Positions 10,436-21,351 are shown, counted from the first letter of the stretch. The stretch: 64,000 bases of DNA from Promethearchaeati archaeon (GCA_013166775.1 JABLTJ010000001.1:96001-160000); one strand, 5' to 3'. Numbers and translations are program-made. The notes: generated by a model from the letters alone, not told the origin.

Positions 10436-11449
10436 GTGGTTACAGTGTCTGAGATAATTCAAGAAATACTAGAAAGCGGTGCAATATTAGTTGTTAACCC
10501 AACAGTTATGGAAACAAATCCTGATGATTTTTTAGATCACTATGGTCATATTTTAGATGTTATAGCATTAGTAGCAAAAGGAAGATCAGGTTTTACTTTC
10601 TATCAAAGTAATAGTGCACCTAAAGATAAAAATAATGGGGTGTTCTTCCACTCTTTTTGCACAATTGCTGATAATATGGGTATCAAGGTTGATGCTTTTC
10701 TTTATGTTCATGGTGACAATTTTCTTTCTCAAAATGCAGATTTTAGAGTATTCAATAGTGAAGGTTCCACTATTTCTTCATATGCTTGTCCAAGTCAAGA
10801 AAATCTTAGCAAATACACAGCTGCAATAGCTATGGAAATTGCTCAGTATCCAATAGAGGCATTAATTCTTGATGATTTGATGTTATCTAATAAAAGAACA
10901 TGTTTCTGCGATAGATGTAGAAGGATTTTTGCAAGTAAATGGAATATTGAAAGAGATTTTGGTCTCGAGTTTCTCGAATCAAGAGATTTGATAATTGATT
11001 GGCATGAATATCGTTATACTTACCTAAATCAAACTTTAAGGGAAATTACTGACGCTATTAAAAATCAGAAAAACATTGATATCTCTACTGTGATTAAAGC
11101 CGATAGGGAGACTAATTTTATAGAAGGAGCTCAAGAACATTTCGGTCAAAATCTAGCTGAATTAGCAAGAATTACAAATAATTTAATAATTCATGTTAAC
11201 CCATGGAGTGAGAGTTTTCCTGCTCCTAGCAGCAATGAATACCAACAATTGATGAATTCATTAGCTGTGTTAAAAGAATATTCAGGTTCTGGAATTAAGC
11301 CCTCACTATATTTCTGGAACATCACATCTTCAGAAAAGCTCAAAATTGCATTGAAATTAAAAGAGGATTTACGGGCTGAAAAATTGTTTATCGAACCTTC
11401 TCTTCCACATGATTTCACAAAAAGAAGAACTACAAATCTTGGGTTTTAA
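10436..11449 (+). CDS. Glycoside-hydrolase-like TIM-barrel protein (GHL10-like)
   Basis: ACPS, Y.I.ALILDD, CFCDRCRR.F, W.E.R, GQN pattern. Confidence 0.55.
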   Translation: MVTVSEIIQEILESGAILVVNPTVMETNPDDFLDHYGHILDVIALVAKGRSGFTFYQSNSAPKDKNNGVFFHSFCTIADNMGIKVDAFLYVHGDNFLSQNADFRVFNSEGSTISSYACPSQENLSKYTAAIAMEIAQYPIEALILDDLMLSNKRTCFCDRCRRIFASKWNIERDFGLEFLESRDLIIDWHEYRYTYLNQTLREITDAIKNQKNIDISTVIKADRETNFIEGAQEHFGQNLAELARITNNLIIHVNPWSESFPAPSSNEYQQLMNSLAVLKEYSGSGIKPSLYFWNITSSEKLKIALKLKEDLRAEKLFIEPSLPHDFTKRRTTNLGF

Positions 11450-11451
11450 TA

Positions 11452-12792
11452 ATGAGCCTTGAAAAATCAATTGAAGAAATAAAGAAAATGTTTTGGGGAG
11501 TACTGAAAGGCAAATTTAGTCCAGATGAGGAAGAAGATGTAAAAGCTCATTTAATAACAAATTTAGCAACACTTACCTCCTATGCAAAATCATACTTACC
11601 TCCTGAGCAACAGGAAGAATACGAAAAACACTTTTCTAAAGCAAAGGACGCTCTACTAAAATTTGATAGTGCTGGACCTTGGTTTCGTGAACTACCAGCA
11701 ATGATTGATACAGTTTATAATATTATAACTCATGCAAATATGCTTCAAATTGAGTATAGACGATTCAGTGGAACTGACGAAAATACCATCCAATATTTTC
11801 AAACAAAACTTGAAAGCCTTGAAATGAATGTTAACTCGATGTTTGAGGATTTAAAGAAATTGAAGAAGCATACAGCTACTGTGTTAGGAACACCAGTACC
11901 TGTTGAAGCTGAGGAAGAAGAAATCAAAGAGGATGTTATTGACAAACTGCCTAGAGAACCAGAGGAAGTTTCATCAATTCTAGAACCTGAAGAAGAAACA
12001 GAAGTTAGTAAGATTGAAGATGTAGGGGAATTTCAACCTCAAGAAGTTATAGAGGAATTTCAGTTAGATACAGAAGATTCTGAAGAAGAATCCAATGAAG
12101 AAACGATGCCTTTAGAAACACAAGAGTTAATTGAAGGGATTGAACTTGCTTCTCAATATGAATTTGATCAAGAGCCTTTTGTAGAAACAATAGAATCTGA
12201 ACAAGAATCCTTAAAGAAATTAGCCAGTCTCTTATCAGCTCTAGATCCAGGAGATGATACTGTCATATCCCCTCTTACTGAGAAACTAATGTCTTTAGGT
12301 GATGATGAAGAAATTTTAATCTCTGAAGAACCTCCGATAATAGAAGAGGGTTTAAGTAAGGAGGAAATTGCGGATGCACATGCCTATCACTCTTCTGTTT
12401 CCCGATTAACCAATGTTCTTTCAGATCCTGAAACTCAAGAAGATGCTGCTCAATTCGTTTCCTCAATAAAGAAAACAATAGCTACAGTGTCTCAAGAAAA
12501 GGATTTCGAGAAAGGAGAGAAATCTCCATTGACAAAAATAATCGAAGCTGAAGCAGGAGAAGTTGAAAAACCGCCTGTACAAACAGAGGATATTCAAAAT
12601 ATCATTAAACATTTGGAATCAAGAAGAGAGAAAGCAATTGAGAGAATTCATCAATTAGAAGAAGCATTAACTACTGAGAAAATAGATGAAGAAGAGTGGC
12701 AAGAATTAAGGATAAAAGCTGAACGTCACATGTTACGTATTGAAGATACACTTGATGGTTATAAGCGATATCTTAACAAATTACATAGTTAA
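11452..12792 (+). CDS. Hypothetical acidic protein with a helical N-terminal domain and C-terminal coiled coil
   Basis: 446 aa ORF in an operon with 10436-11449; long Glu/Pro-rich linker. Confidence 0.7.
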   Translation: MSLEKSIEEIKKMFWGVLKGKFSPDEEEDVKAHLITNLATLTSYAKSYLPPEQQEEYEKHFSKAKDALLKFDSAGPWFRELPAMIDTVYNIITHANMLQIEYRRFSGTDENTIQYFQTKLESLEMNVNSMFEDLKKLKKHTATVLGTPVPVEAEEEEIKEDVIDKLPREPEEVSSILEPEEETEVSKIEDVGEFQPQEVIEEFQLDTEDSEEESNEETMPLETQELIEGIELASQYEFDQEPFVETIESEQESLKKLASLLSALDPGDDTVISPLTEKLMSLGDDEEILISEEPPIIEEGLSKEEIADAHAYHSSVSRLTNVLSDPETQEDAAQFVSSIKKTIATVSQEKDFEKGEKSPLTKIIEAEAGEVEKPPVQTEDIQNIIKHLESRREKAIERIHQLEEALTTEKIDEEEWQELRIKAERHMLRIEDTLDGYKRYLNKLHS

Positions 12793-12806
12793 TCACACTG
12801 AAACAA

Positions 12807-13241
12807 ATGGATGTAACAATGACATTTCTTATTCATTTTTACTATGGAAATAGACTAGAAGTTTTTCAAGCAGGTCTTGGAGTTATTATTAGGGGTCTGG
12901 GACATTCAAGAAAAGCAAGAATATATCTCATAAACGATTCTTTTCCATGGGTTGATGAACTAGAACAGAAAAGTGAACTACCTCTTCAGATAATCGCAAG
13001 AGATGCAACTAAGAATCTTTTAAATGAAGTTCAAAAGGAATTGAGAGAATTAGATGGTGAAATTTGCCTCCTAGCTAATTTTGACTTGCTATTTGATAGT
13101 TGGTTGGAAATTGAAGACTTTCTTTCACTAGCTAAAGAAATTAACAAAACGAATGAAGTAATAATAACTTGTGAGTACAAATATGATTTACTAGAAGATT
13201 TGGGAGACTATGTTAGTTCTTTTGAATCACAAGAATTGTAA
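12807..13241 (+). CDS. Degenerate CobO/BtuR-like protein lacking the P-loop
   Basis: IHFYYGN, GLGVIIRGLGH, EVIIT, DYVS follow the CobO layout, but GKGKTT is absent. Confidence 0.5.
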   Translation: MDVTMTFLIHFYYGNRLEVFQAGLGVIIRGLGHSRKARIYLINDSFPWVDELEQKSELPLQIIARDATKNLLNEVQKELRELDGEICLLANFDLLFDSWLEIEDFLSLAKEINKTNEVIITCEYKYDLLEDLGDYVSSFESQEL

Positions 13242-14018
13242 ATCTACTGCAATATGTGCGATTCTTGGAGCTAGCCATCTGATAATTCTTGTTTTATTTA
13301 TAGATGCTTTATTAGATATCTCTTCTGGAGTTACTTTATCTAGTCTATCCTCTACTATATCTTGTATTGTATCTTCCGAAAGAATTTTTTCTGTAACCTG
13401 CCAGTGAATATATCCCTTCCCTTGTTTTAAAGAATAGAAAGCCAAAGGTAGAGCTCTATCAGCTTCAATAGGCAATGGTAAAAGAATTCTGTTTACTTTA
13501 TTAGAGAATTTTTCCGGAACGATTTCAAAAGCATCTCCTAGGTGTGGAAAAACTCTATCTTGGCATTTATTGAGTTCTATATTATTACATAAATATTGAT
13601 AAGCAAATTCATTGATTTCAATACAATGAACTTCACACAAACTTTGTTTAGATGCAATAGTAATCCCAAAAGGACCAACCCCTGAGAAGAAATTTAGTAT
13701 TTTTTCATCCTTCTTTACTAAATTTGCAATTCTTTGTCTTTCAAAGCTTAAACGTGGAGAGAAGAATGCTTTCTCTAAATCAACACAAAATGAATTTCCA
13801 TGTTCTTTATAGATTGTAACAAAAGTATTCTTTCCCATTAAATGTTTAAGATCCCTTCTACGTTCTTGACCTTGAACTTTTGAAGTTTGGAGAACTACTG
13901 TTCTAATATAAGAGTGTTTATCCATCTTCTCTTTTGCGAATTCTTTGAGTGTTTTTTTGTCAGCAACTTCTCTAATAATAAGAATGGTTCCTATTATTTC
14001 AAAAGCTAAATTCTTCAT
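13227..14018 (-). CDS. trm5: Trm5/Taw2-family tRNA methyltransferase (class I SAM-dependent)
   Basis: FEIIG, EHG..F.VD, FFSPRLSFERQRI, FSGVGPFGI, EINE.A, GDA. Confidence 0.8.
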   Translation of the reverse strand: MKNLAFEIIGTILIIREVADKKTLKEFAKEKMDKHSYIRTVVLQTSKVQGQERRRDLKHLMGKNTFVTIYKEHGNSFCVDLEKAFFSPRLSFERQRIANLVKKDEKILNFFSGVGPFGITIASKQSLCEVHCIEINEFAYQYLCNNIELNKCQDRVFPHLGDAFEIVPEKFSNKVNRILLPLPIEADRALPLAFYSLKQGKGYIHWQVTEKILSEDTIQDIVEDRLDKVTPEEISNKASINKTRIIRWLAPRIAHIAVDLQFL

Positions 14019-14077
14019 CTTCTCACTTTTATAATGCCATTAAGAAAGGTTAAACAATCATTTTACTGTGTTCAAAT

Positions 14078-16231
14078 TTAATTCTGTGGAACTTCACGAA
14101 TAGAAGGTCCCTTATACACCGCACGATCGAAAGCAAGTCTTCGCATCTGAGGTTGGGTGTTAATTTCCTCATAATATTGTGCTGTTAATCCTGCAATTCT
14201 GCCAAAGACAAAAACAGCTTTGGCCAGTTTAGGATTTATGCCCATATCAGCTATAATCGCACCAATAACTCCATCTACATTGATGGGTAGATTCATACCT
14301 CTAACTCTATAAAATGCATCACTAACTAGTTTTGATACAGCAACACATTCTTTAGCATAGCCTGCTTTTTCTGAAAGATCCCATAGAACATCTCTTCTAG
14401 GGTCTTGTGTATGTATACGATGACCTAATCCTTCGATTCTTTTTCCAGCTTTGATTGTCTCTCGGATTGTTTCAAATGCAGTTTCATCAAGATCTTTATT
14501 GTTTTCTTTAGCATTCTTAACAACTGATAAGAAGAACTCTGCTGCTTTTTGACCAGCACCACCATGAACATCTGTAATAGCTTGAGTACCAGCTGAAAGA
14601 GCTACTTCATAATTTGCTCGTGTTGATGCTAAAATACGGGTAGCTTGTGCAGAAGGTGGTGTGACTCCATGATCTACGCAAGCTGTGATTATCGCTTCGA
14701 GTAATTTAATTTTTGACACATCAGAAGGTATTTCACCTACTAAACCTAAGTAAATTAATTCTGAAAATGAAACATCCTCTTTCTGCAAATTTATGATTTT
14801 ATCTTCATTATTGAAGAATTTAGTAAGATATTTTAATACCCTACCAAGTGCGTATGCTACTACTTTGGATTCATCATTAGCTTCTCTCGCAAAACTAGAT
14901 AAATTATCATCAAGTAGCAAAAATGTACCTATTACTTTTGCAACATCTGTTTCATTTAAGATATTATAATCATTAAACAATTCATCCTTTAAAGCTTTTA
15001 ATGCAAGATTCTCCAGCTCAGCTATTTGTTTAACAGGAAATTCACCTTTATTTAGTAAATACGCTGTTTCAAGTAATCCCTTTCTTGCAATAATCTCTTG
15101 CAAAGGATATCCTCTAATTATCAAATTGTTTGGCATAACATTTGTAATTAATGTACCCCAAGTGGGTTCTGGAGATTTAGCATCCCATTTTTTACGCATT
15201 CTATTGTAATAATCTTCGATTTCAAAGTAGGTTTTTCCTAACTTAGATTTTACAACTTCAATCAAATCTCTTTGATGATTAACTACAGTAGCTCCTGCTT
15301 TTTCTAATGTTTCTTTTTTTGAATTGAAAGTACCATAATTCTGTCCTGGAGCTATCACCGCTCCAGCATGTCCCATTGTTTTTCCTTCTGGAGCATTAGC
15401 TCCTGAAATTAATGCGACTAATGGTTTAGGATATTTCTCAGGATGAGCTATCATATCCTGTGCGAGTAATTCTTCTTGCATCCCTCCTATTTCTCCGGCA
15501 ACTACTACTAAATCTGTCTCTTCATATTTCATTACTAACGAAACTAGATCTACAAATCTAGAACCTATTGCACCGTCTCCTCCTACTCCTAATACGCCAT
15601 TTTGTGCAATTCCTGCACTAGCTAACGCATCTGACATATGATAGAGAATTGCTCCACTTCGAGATAAAATTGTTACACCTTTTGCCCCCACTTCTTCTCC
15701 AACAATTTGTGCTTGAAAAATATCTGGAAGCATACCAATTTTTATTCCTTCTGGTGGAAAAATTATTCCTGGTGTGTTTCCACCAAATAAAATTGTCTTA
15801 TGTTTTCTAGCTTCAACTAAAATATCTCTTACATCTTTTAATGGGATAAATTCAGAGATTAGAACAACAATAGGTATTCCTGACTTTATCACTTCAATTG
15901 TTGCATCTTTAGCAGTAGAATAATGTCTCCATATGCTAGCAACTGCAATATTTGGGTGATTATTAATTGCTTCCTGTGCAGAATCATAAACGGGTATAGT
16001 TTCATGTACCTTTGTTCCTCCTCTACCTGGAGCTACACCACAAGTAACATTAGTTCCATATTCCATCATGAGTTGCGCATGTCTAGTTCCTTGTCTACCA
16101 AGACCAACTATCATAGTTTCTATTGTTTTTGTTTTAGTGATTTGTTCTGCTAGCTCTGGCCTAATCTCTTTAATTAAGTAATACAATAAACCTTGATCTG
16201 GTTTTAATTTTCCTTCTACCATTGCTCTCAC
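14078..16231 (-). CDS. Succinyl-CoA-ligase-alpha-like CoA-binding domain fused to a citryl-CoA lyase/citrate-synthase-like domain (ATP-citrate lyase A-type subunit)
   Basis: GNTPGII, SRSG, G.GGD, GEIGG, phospho-His motif MGHAGA; C-terminal DHG..PSA, HGGA, GLGHRIH..DPR, NVDG. Confidence 0.85.
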   Translation of the reverse strand: MRAMVEGKLKPDQGLLYYLIKEIRPELAEQITKTKTIETMIVGLGRQGTRHAQLMMEYGTNVTCGVAPGRGGTKVHETIPVYDSAQEAINNHPNIAVASIWRHYSTAKDATIEVIKSGIPIVVLISEFIPLKDVRDILVEARKHKTILFGGNTPGIIFPPEGIKIGMLPDIFQAQIVGEEVGAKGVTILSRSGAILYHMSDALASAGIAQNGVLGVGGDGAIGSRFVDLVSLVMKYEETDLVVVAGEIGGMQEELLAQDMIAHPEKYPKPLVALISGANAPEGKTMGHAGAVIAPGQNYGTFNSKKETLEKAGATVVNHQRDLIEVVKSKLGKTYFEIEDYYNRMRKKWDAKSPEPTWGTLITNVMPNNLIIRGYPLQEIIARKGLLETAYLLNKGEFPVKQIAELENLALKALKDELFNDYNILNETDVAKVIGTFLLLDDNLSSFAREANDESKVVAYALGRVLKYLTKFFNNEDKIINLQKEDVSFSELIYLGLVGEIPSDVSKIKLLEAIITACVDHGVTPPSAQATRILASTRANYEVALSAGTQAITDVHGGAGQKAAEFFLSVVKNAKENNKDLDETAFETIRETIKAGKRIEGLGHRIHTQDPRRDVLWDLSEKAGYAKECVAVSKLVSDAFYRVRGMNLPINVDGVIGAIIADMGINPKLAKAVFVFGRIAGLTAQYYEEINTQPQMRRLAFDRAVYKGPSIREVPQN

Positions 16232-17535
16232 CTCTTTATTCCATCTTGACTCTTTATTTTGAAGCCATATTCTATTCCATCTTTAATTACATCTGCCATG
16301 ATTTTCTTATTTCCCACAACAATGTGTAAATCCTTTAATGGTTCTGGTGTCTCTCTCTTAGCTTTTTCGAAATACTCACGAGCTGCTGCTAAATCAGTAC
16401 CGACCATTCTACCGAAGATAGGTATCATCCTTTTTCTCTTTGTATATCGATCTCTTAATGACATGATTAAACCACGGATAAATATATCACAGCTGGAAAT
16501 TCCTCCGAATCGACTTGTGATTATCAAATCAGTAGCCGGATGATCCATAAGTAAATGAAACATATCTGCTACCTTGCTGAGTGATGGGCCACCTCCACTA
16601 TCCATGAAATTTATTGGAACAACTTTACCGTTAAAATAGCGATTTCCTACATTAACGACTTCATCAATAGAAAAAATTCCATAGCCTGCTCCTCCAGGAA
16701 CCAATCCCACATAAAGTTTATCTTTTTCTTTTTCAAACTTCTCAGGCTCATCGAGTAAGTCTAAATAAGGAAAACCTATTCTGTAAGCCTTATCCTCGAA
16801 AATTGTTTGTTCTGAAATATCATGTCTTTTACTTCTTGGATCTATTCCAATAGATTTCAATAAAGGCTCTTGCCTATACAAACTATTGTCATCAAGTACT
16901 ACTTTTGCATCAGCAGCAATAATATTCTTATCCTCTGAAACAATTAGAGGATTTATTTCGCATATTTTTGCTTCCACAGTTTGAAAAGCAGAATAAAGGG
17001 ACTGAATAGTTGTTTTTAGTTGATTCTCCGATCCCATCAAATTTGAATCACTCTTAACCAAAAATTCTACTGCTTCATCTGCTATAATACCTGGTAGTTC
17101 TTTTACATTTTCCAGAATAATCTTTTTCCAAATTTTTTCAGGATTTTGTCTAGCAACTTCTTCTATGTCCACTCCACCACTTGCTGATGCTACTATTACA
17201 ATATCAAAGGTTGCTGGATCAGTAGTAACTGATAGATAAATTTCACTTGAGATATTGACAGCTTCTTCTAGCAGTATTTTTTCTATTGAGTACCCATGAA
17301 TTGAGAGTTTAAGCATTTCACTGATAATTGTCTTTGTCTCATCAATGTTTTTTGCCTTTTTAATCCCACCAGCTTTACCTCGACCTCCTATCAACACCAT
17401 CGCTTTGATCATTATTGGAAAGGATATTGAAAAATCATCTAATTGCTCAATATTTTCAACTATAGCAATTTGTTGAGGGATTCTCATTCCAAATTTTCCG
17501 AAAATCTGTTTAGCTTCGTATTCATATAATCTCAT
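16228..17535 (-). CDS. ATP-grasp succinyl-CoA-ligase-beta / ATP-citrate lyase B-type subunit
   Basis: MRLYEYEAK, GGRGKAGGI, GGVDIEEV, EINPL, ADAK...DDN, GGAG, FGGI..CD. Confidence 0.85.
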   Translation of the reverse strand: MRLYEYEAKQIFGKFGMRIPQQIAIVENIEQLDDFSISFPIMIKAMVLIGGRGKAGGIKKAKNIDETKTIISEMLKLSIHGYSIEKILLEEAVNISSEIYLSVTTDPATFDIVIVASASGGVDIEEVARQNPEKIWKKIILENVKELPGIIADEAVEFLVKSDSNLMGSENQLKTTIQSLYSAFQTVEAKICEINPLIVSEDKNIIAADAKVVLDDNSLYRQEPLLKSIGIDPRSKRHDISEQTIFEDKAYRIGFPYLDLLDEPEKFEKEKDKLYVGLVPGGAGYGIFSIDEVVNVGNRYFNGKVVPINFMDSGGGPSLSKVADMFHLLMDHPATDLIITSRFGGISSCDIFIRGLIMSLRDRYTKRKRMIPIFGRMVGTDLAAAREYFEKAKRETPEPLKDLHIVVGNKKIMADVIKDGIEYGFKIKSQDGIKR

Positions 17536-17547
17536 TTTTAATTTCCT

Positions 17548-19401
17548 CTATTCTGAATGTAGTTTTTGATAGTGTTTGATTAATCCTCCAGCATTAAAAA
17601 TATCAAGAAGTTCTTCTGGTAATTTTGGGAAGTGGAAAACATGTTTTCCATTTGTTATTTTTCCATTTTCCAAATCGATATACATCGATTCATTTTCATC
17701 AAAATTGTCTATGAGTTCTGGATGTACAATAATAGGTAATCCCTGATTTACAGATGATCTATAAAATATTCTCGAAACTGATTTAACAATAACAGCTTTC
17801 ACACCTGCGGTTGCTAATCCTACTGCAGGATGTTCTCTTGAGGAACCACACCCAAAATTTTCTCCTCCAATAACAATATCCCCCTCTTTAATTCTCAATG
17901 CAAAGGACTCATCTAGACCCTTAAACAAATGAGGTACTATTTTCTCACCATCCGATGATTTTATGTCATAAGTTAACCCCCCAGCAAACATTTGATCTGT
18001 ATTAAAATCGTTTATGTCGCTATAGTTCCATATGTTTTGATTATTTCTATTATCCTCAGATGTAATTACAAGGATTTTTGTTTCCAAAGCTCTTGGTTGG
18101 AGATTTATTTGTTTCTCTTTATCTTCGATTTTTATTGAAAGATATTCTCTAGGATCAACTATCTTACCAGCAATTGCAGATGCTGCTACGGTAGCAGGAG
18201 ATGCTAAATATATTGAAGAATTTTTGTTCCCCATCCTTCCCAGAAAATTTCTATTTGCAGTTGATATAATATTCCACCCATCTGCAGGAATTCCTTGCCC
18301 CTTCCCTAAGCATGGACCACAGCTGCATGAAAGAATTGTAGCCCCTGCTTCAACTAGTATTTGAATAATACCGTTTTCTATAGCTTTAAGATAAATTTCC
18401 TGAGAAGCTGGTGCTACGAGGAAAACAACTCCATCTTTTACCCTTTTATCTTTCATTACTGATGCTGCAATAGTTAAATCATCTAATCGGGCATTTGTAC
18501 AAGTGCCAAGAAAAGCTTGATGGATTGATATTTCACCCACATCACTAATAAATTGAGCATTATCTACTTGATGAGGAATTGCAATAAGTGGTTCTAAATC
18601 ATCAAGAGTAATAGTAAGAATTTGACTAAAAATAGCATCATCATCTGACCAGAATAATTCTTCTTTTGATACAATATCTTCGTTATCATGTTTCCTTTTT
18701 AACCACTCGATTAGAATTGCATCTGGTGGGAAAATAGCTGTTTTTGCACCCATTTCTGAAGCTAAATTAGTAAGTGTCATGCGTTCAGAAACACTTAGAT
18801 TTTTTACTCCTTCTCCATGGAATTCAATAGTTTTATATAGTGCTCCAGCTGCGCCAATAGTATTCATGATGTATAATGCAATATCTTTTGCGTAAACACC
18901 AAGGGAAAGTTTTCCTTTCAATTCAATTTTTATTGTCTCAGGAACTCTGAACCATGTTTTCCCTGTCAACCATAATCCTGCAGTTTCTGTTCTGTCAATT
19001 CCTGCTGAAAATGCAGCAAAAGCTCCACTTGTACAAGTGTGGGAATCAGAACCCACTATAAGCATGTTTGGTAGAGCATGATTTGACATCAGTTGATGAC
19101 ATATTCCTATTCCCTCATCATAATAATTTGTGATGTTTTGATTCTTTACTAATTCTCTAATGATCTTATGATCATTAGCAATAGTAACACTGGTTGGAGG
19201 TGAATCATGATCTAGCACAATAACCAAACGATCAGGGTATTTGATTTTTGTACCGCCCATTTTCTGGAATGTTTTGTAAATAGATGCTGAATTGTCGTGA
19301 GATAAGATTAGATCTGGTTCTGCAAAAATTATGTCTCCAGCACTTACTGATTGTTCAGTTTTATATGAAAATAATTTTTCTGAATAAGTTTTTCCAGTCA
19401 T
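17548..19401 (-). CDS. Aconitase-family (homoaconitase/isopropylmalate dehydratase-type) protein with large and small subunits fused
   Basis: SHDN, LDH, GICHQ, DSHTCT, GTCTN, CGPCLG, NRNF.GRMG; C-terminal swivel domain NFGCGSSREH. Confidence 0.88.
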   Translation of the reverse strand: MTGKTYSEKLFSYKTEQSVSAGDIIFAEPDLILSHDNSASIYKTFQKMGGTKIKYPDRLVIVLDHDSPPTSVTIANDHKIIRELVKNQNITNYYDEGIGICHQLMSNHALPNMLIVGSDSHTCTSGAFAAFSAGIDRTETAGLWLTGKTWFRVPETIKIELKGKLSLGVYAKDIALYIMNTIGAAGALYKTIEFHGEGVKNLSVSERMTLTNLASEMGAKTAIFPPDAILIEWLKRKHDNEDIVSKEELFWSDDDAIFSQILTITLDDLEPLIAIPHQVDNAQFISDVGEISIHQAFLGTCTNARLDDLTIAASVMKDKRVKDGVVFLVAPASQEIYLKAIENGIIQILVEAGATILSCSCGPCLGKGQGIPADGWNIISTANRNFLGRMGNKNSSIYLASPATVAASAIAGKIVDPREYLSIKIEDKEKQINLQPRALETKILVITSEDNRNNQNIWNYSDINDFNTDQMFAGGLTYDIKSSDGEKIVPHLFKGLDESFALRIKEGDIVIGGENFGCGSSREHPAVGLATAGVKAVIVKSVSRIFYRSSVNQGLPIIVHPELIDNFDENESMYIDLENGKITNGKHVFHFPKLPEELLDIFNAGGLIKHYQKLHSE

Positions 19402-19410
19402 TTTATATCC

Positions 19411-19917
19411 TCACATCTTATCCCCTAATTTCAATAAACCACCCGCTTTCATAATATCTAAAGCAGGTTTCGGAATAGGATTACATTTTATCTTTGTTCG
19501 CTTGTCAATATTCAAGATAATTGAATTACTAACATCAATTTCTAAAGTATCAAGATCATCAATTAAGAATTCTAAAATACCGGGAGCTTCAACAAGCAAT
19601 AATCCTGCATTTACAGCATTGCTATAATAAATTGGACCAAAAGACTCACCGATGATAGCTTTGATTTTATGAGCAAGAAAACCAGTTACAGCCTGTTGTC
19701 TAGTTGAACCCTTTCCAAAATTTTTACCAACAACTAAAACCTTGTTTTCGTGGTTTTCTTTCCCAAAGTTTTCATAGCCTTCCAAATTTCCAAAAATATG
19801 TGGCTTAATTTCTTGTGGATCATGTATAGTTAATAGGGATTGATGAAAAATTTGATCAGTATCAATATCGTCAACTTTTACTAATTTTGACTTTCCACTT
19901 ATTTTTTCTACACTCAT
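19411..19917 (-). CDS. LeuD/HacB-type dehydratase small subunit (divergent)
   Basis: DDIDTDQI, GKNFGKGSTRQQA, SFGPIYY.NAVN.GL. Confidence 0.82.
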   Translation of the reverse strand: MSVEKISGKSKLVKVDDIDTDQIFHQSLLTIHDPQEIKPHIFGNLEGYENFGKENHENKVLVVGKNFGKGSTRQQAVTGFLAHKIKAIIGESFGPIYYSNAVNAGLLLVEAPGILEFLIDDLDTLEIDVSNSIILNIDKRTKIKCNPIPKPALDIMKAGGLLKLGDKM

Positions 19918-21198
19918 TTAATCATCTCTTGTTTTAGGTAGTGCAATCTTTCCTTCAATTGCTGTTGATGCAGCTACAATAGGACTGGCTAAATAAACAT
20001 CTGCAGGACCGATTTTTCCTTGCGTATTACGATTACCTGTTGTCATAGTAACAGCTGTTTCTCCTCCCGTTAAACCATATTGGCCTTTAGCACATGTTGA
20101 GCAACCAGCTCCAAAGAAATTTCCTCCAGCATCAAGAATAGTTGTCATGCTGTTTTCCTTATGTGCTGAAATAAAATCTTCTCGAGTTGCAGGAACTATT
20201 CCTAATCGTACTTCAGGATTGATCTTCTGATTCTTCAGAATTTTAGCAGCTTCTCGAATATCTGCCGCAGTTCCATTTGTGCAAGAACCAATTATTATAG
20301 AATTTATTGGGGTTCCTAAAACTTCTTCGATCGGCTTCACATTATGTGGATGAGGAGGGCATGCAACATAGAGTCCTAAATCATGAATATCAATTGTAAG
20401 TTCAGAGATGTAATTTGCGTTTCCATCTGCAGTTAATGCTTCTATCTCAATATCTTGTTTTCTGTAATATTCTACTGTTACTTCGTCAGGAGGAATAAAA
20501 CCTATAACTCCCGAAGCTTCAGTGATTAATGAGCACAGAGTAATACGATCTTCGATATTTAGTTTTGAAATAATATCTCCATAAAACTCTACAGCTTGAC
20601 CTGTGATACCATATTCATGCAGCTGTTTTAGAACATACAAAGCTAGATCTTTTGAAGTTGTTGGCCATTTGTATTCTCCTTTTAACGTTATTTTTACCGT
20701 TTCTGGAATTTTAATCCACGATTTACCTGTTTTCATGGCAAAAGCAAGCATCACATCTCCTGCTCCTTGCCCTAAAATTCCTAAAGCACCTAGAATATTA
20801 TAATGACTATCAGCTCCAAAAGCTATATCACCAGGTTTTGAAAATCCTCTGCGAAAAAGAAGATGTGAGCCAATACCCGATCCTAGATCGGTGACACGAA
20901 TATTGTGCTTTCTAGCAAATACTCTGATTTTTTCCTGATCTAATGCATGCTTAGGATCATTACCATAGGGATAACAATCAGGAGTAAAAATAATTTTTTT
21001 ATTATCGAAAGTTAGAGCATCTAGGTAATTTTTTTGAAACAGATCTATAACTTGTGGTCCTGCGTAGTCTCTTGCCGTTACAAGATCAAGATTAATCCAT
21101 ACAATATTACCAGGATATATCTCATTATCAAGCTCATTAGAATGAGATTTAATTATCTTCTCTATAAGTGTAAAGCCCTTCATTTCGTCCAATTTCAC
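19918..21198 (-). CDS. LeuC/HacA-type dehydratase large subunit (divergent)
   Basis: GADSH, GSCTNG, GCSTC, NRN..GK.G, YLASP. Confidence 0.82.
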   Translation of the reverse strand: MKLDEMKGFTLIEKIIKSHSNELDNEIYPGNIVWINLDLVTARDYAGPQVIDLFQKNYLDALTFDNKKIIFTPDCYPYGNDPKHALDQEKIRVFARKHNIRVTDLGSGIGSHLLFRRGFSKPGDIAFGADSHYNILGALGILGQGAGDVMLAFAMKTGKSWIKIPETVKITLKGEYKWPTTSKDLALYVLKQLHEYGITGQAVEFYGDIISKLNIEDRITLCSLITEASGVIGFIPPDEVTVEYYRKQDIEIEALTADGNANYISELTIDIHDLGLYVACPPHPHNVKPIEEVLGTPINSIIIGSCTNGTAADIREAAKILKNQKINPEVRLGIVPATREDFISAHKENSMTTILDAGGNFFGAGCSTCAKGQYGLTGGETAVTMTTGNRNTQGKIGPADVYLASPIVAASTAIEGKIALPKTRDD

Positions 21199-21351
21199 GA
21201 GTTAGTAAGAAGGTAATAAGGATATCTCTATGTGTTAGAATAAAAGAAAAGCCAAATGAAGAAATATTATTGAAGGATTGCATTCGGTTGATAAATTTTA
21301 TTTAAAAACTAATTTTCTCATATTATAAAATAGAAAGAAAAAAGATGAAAG

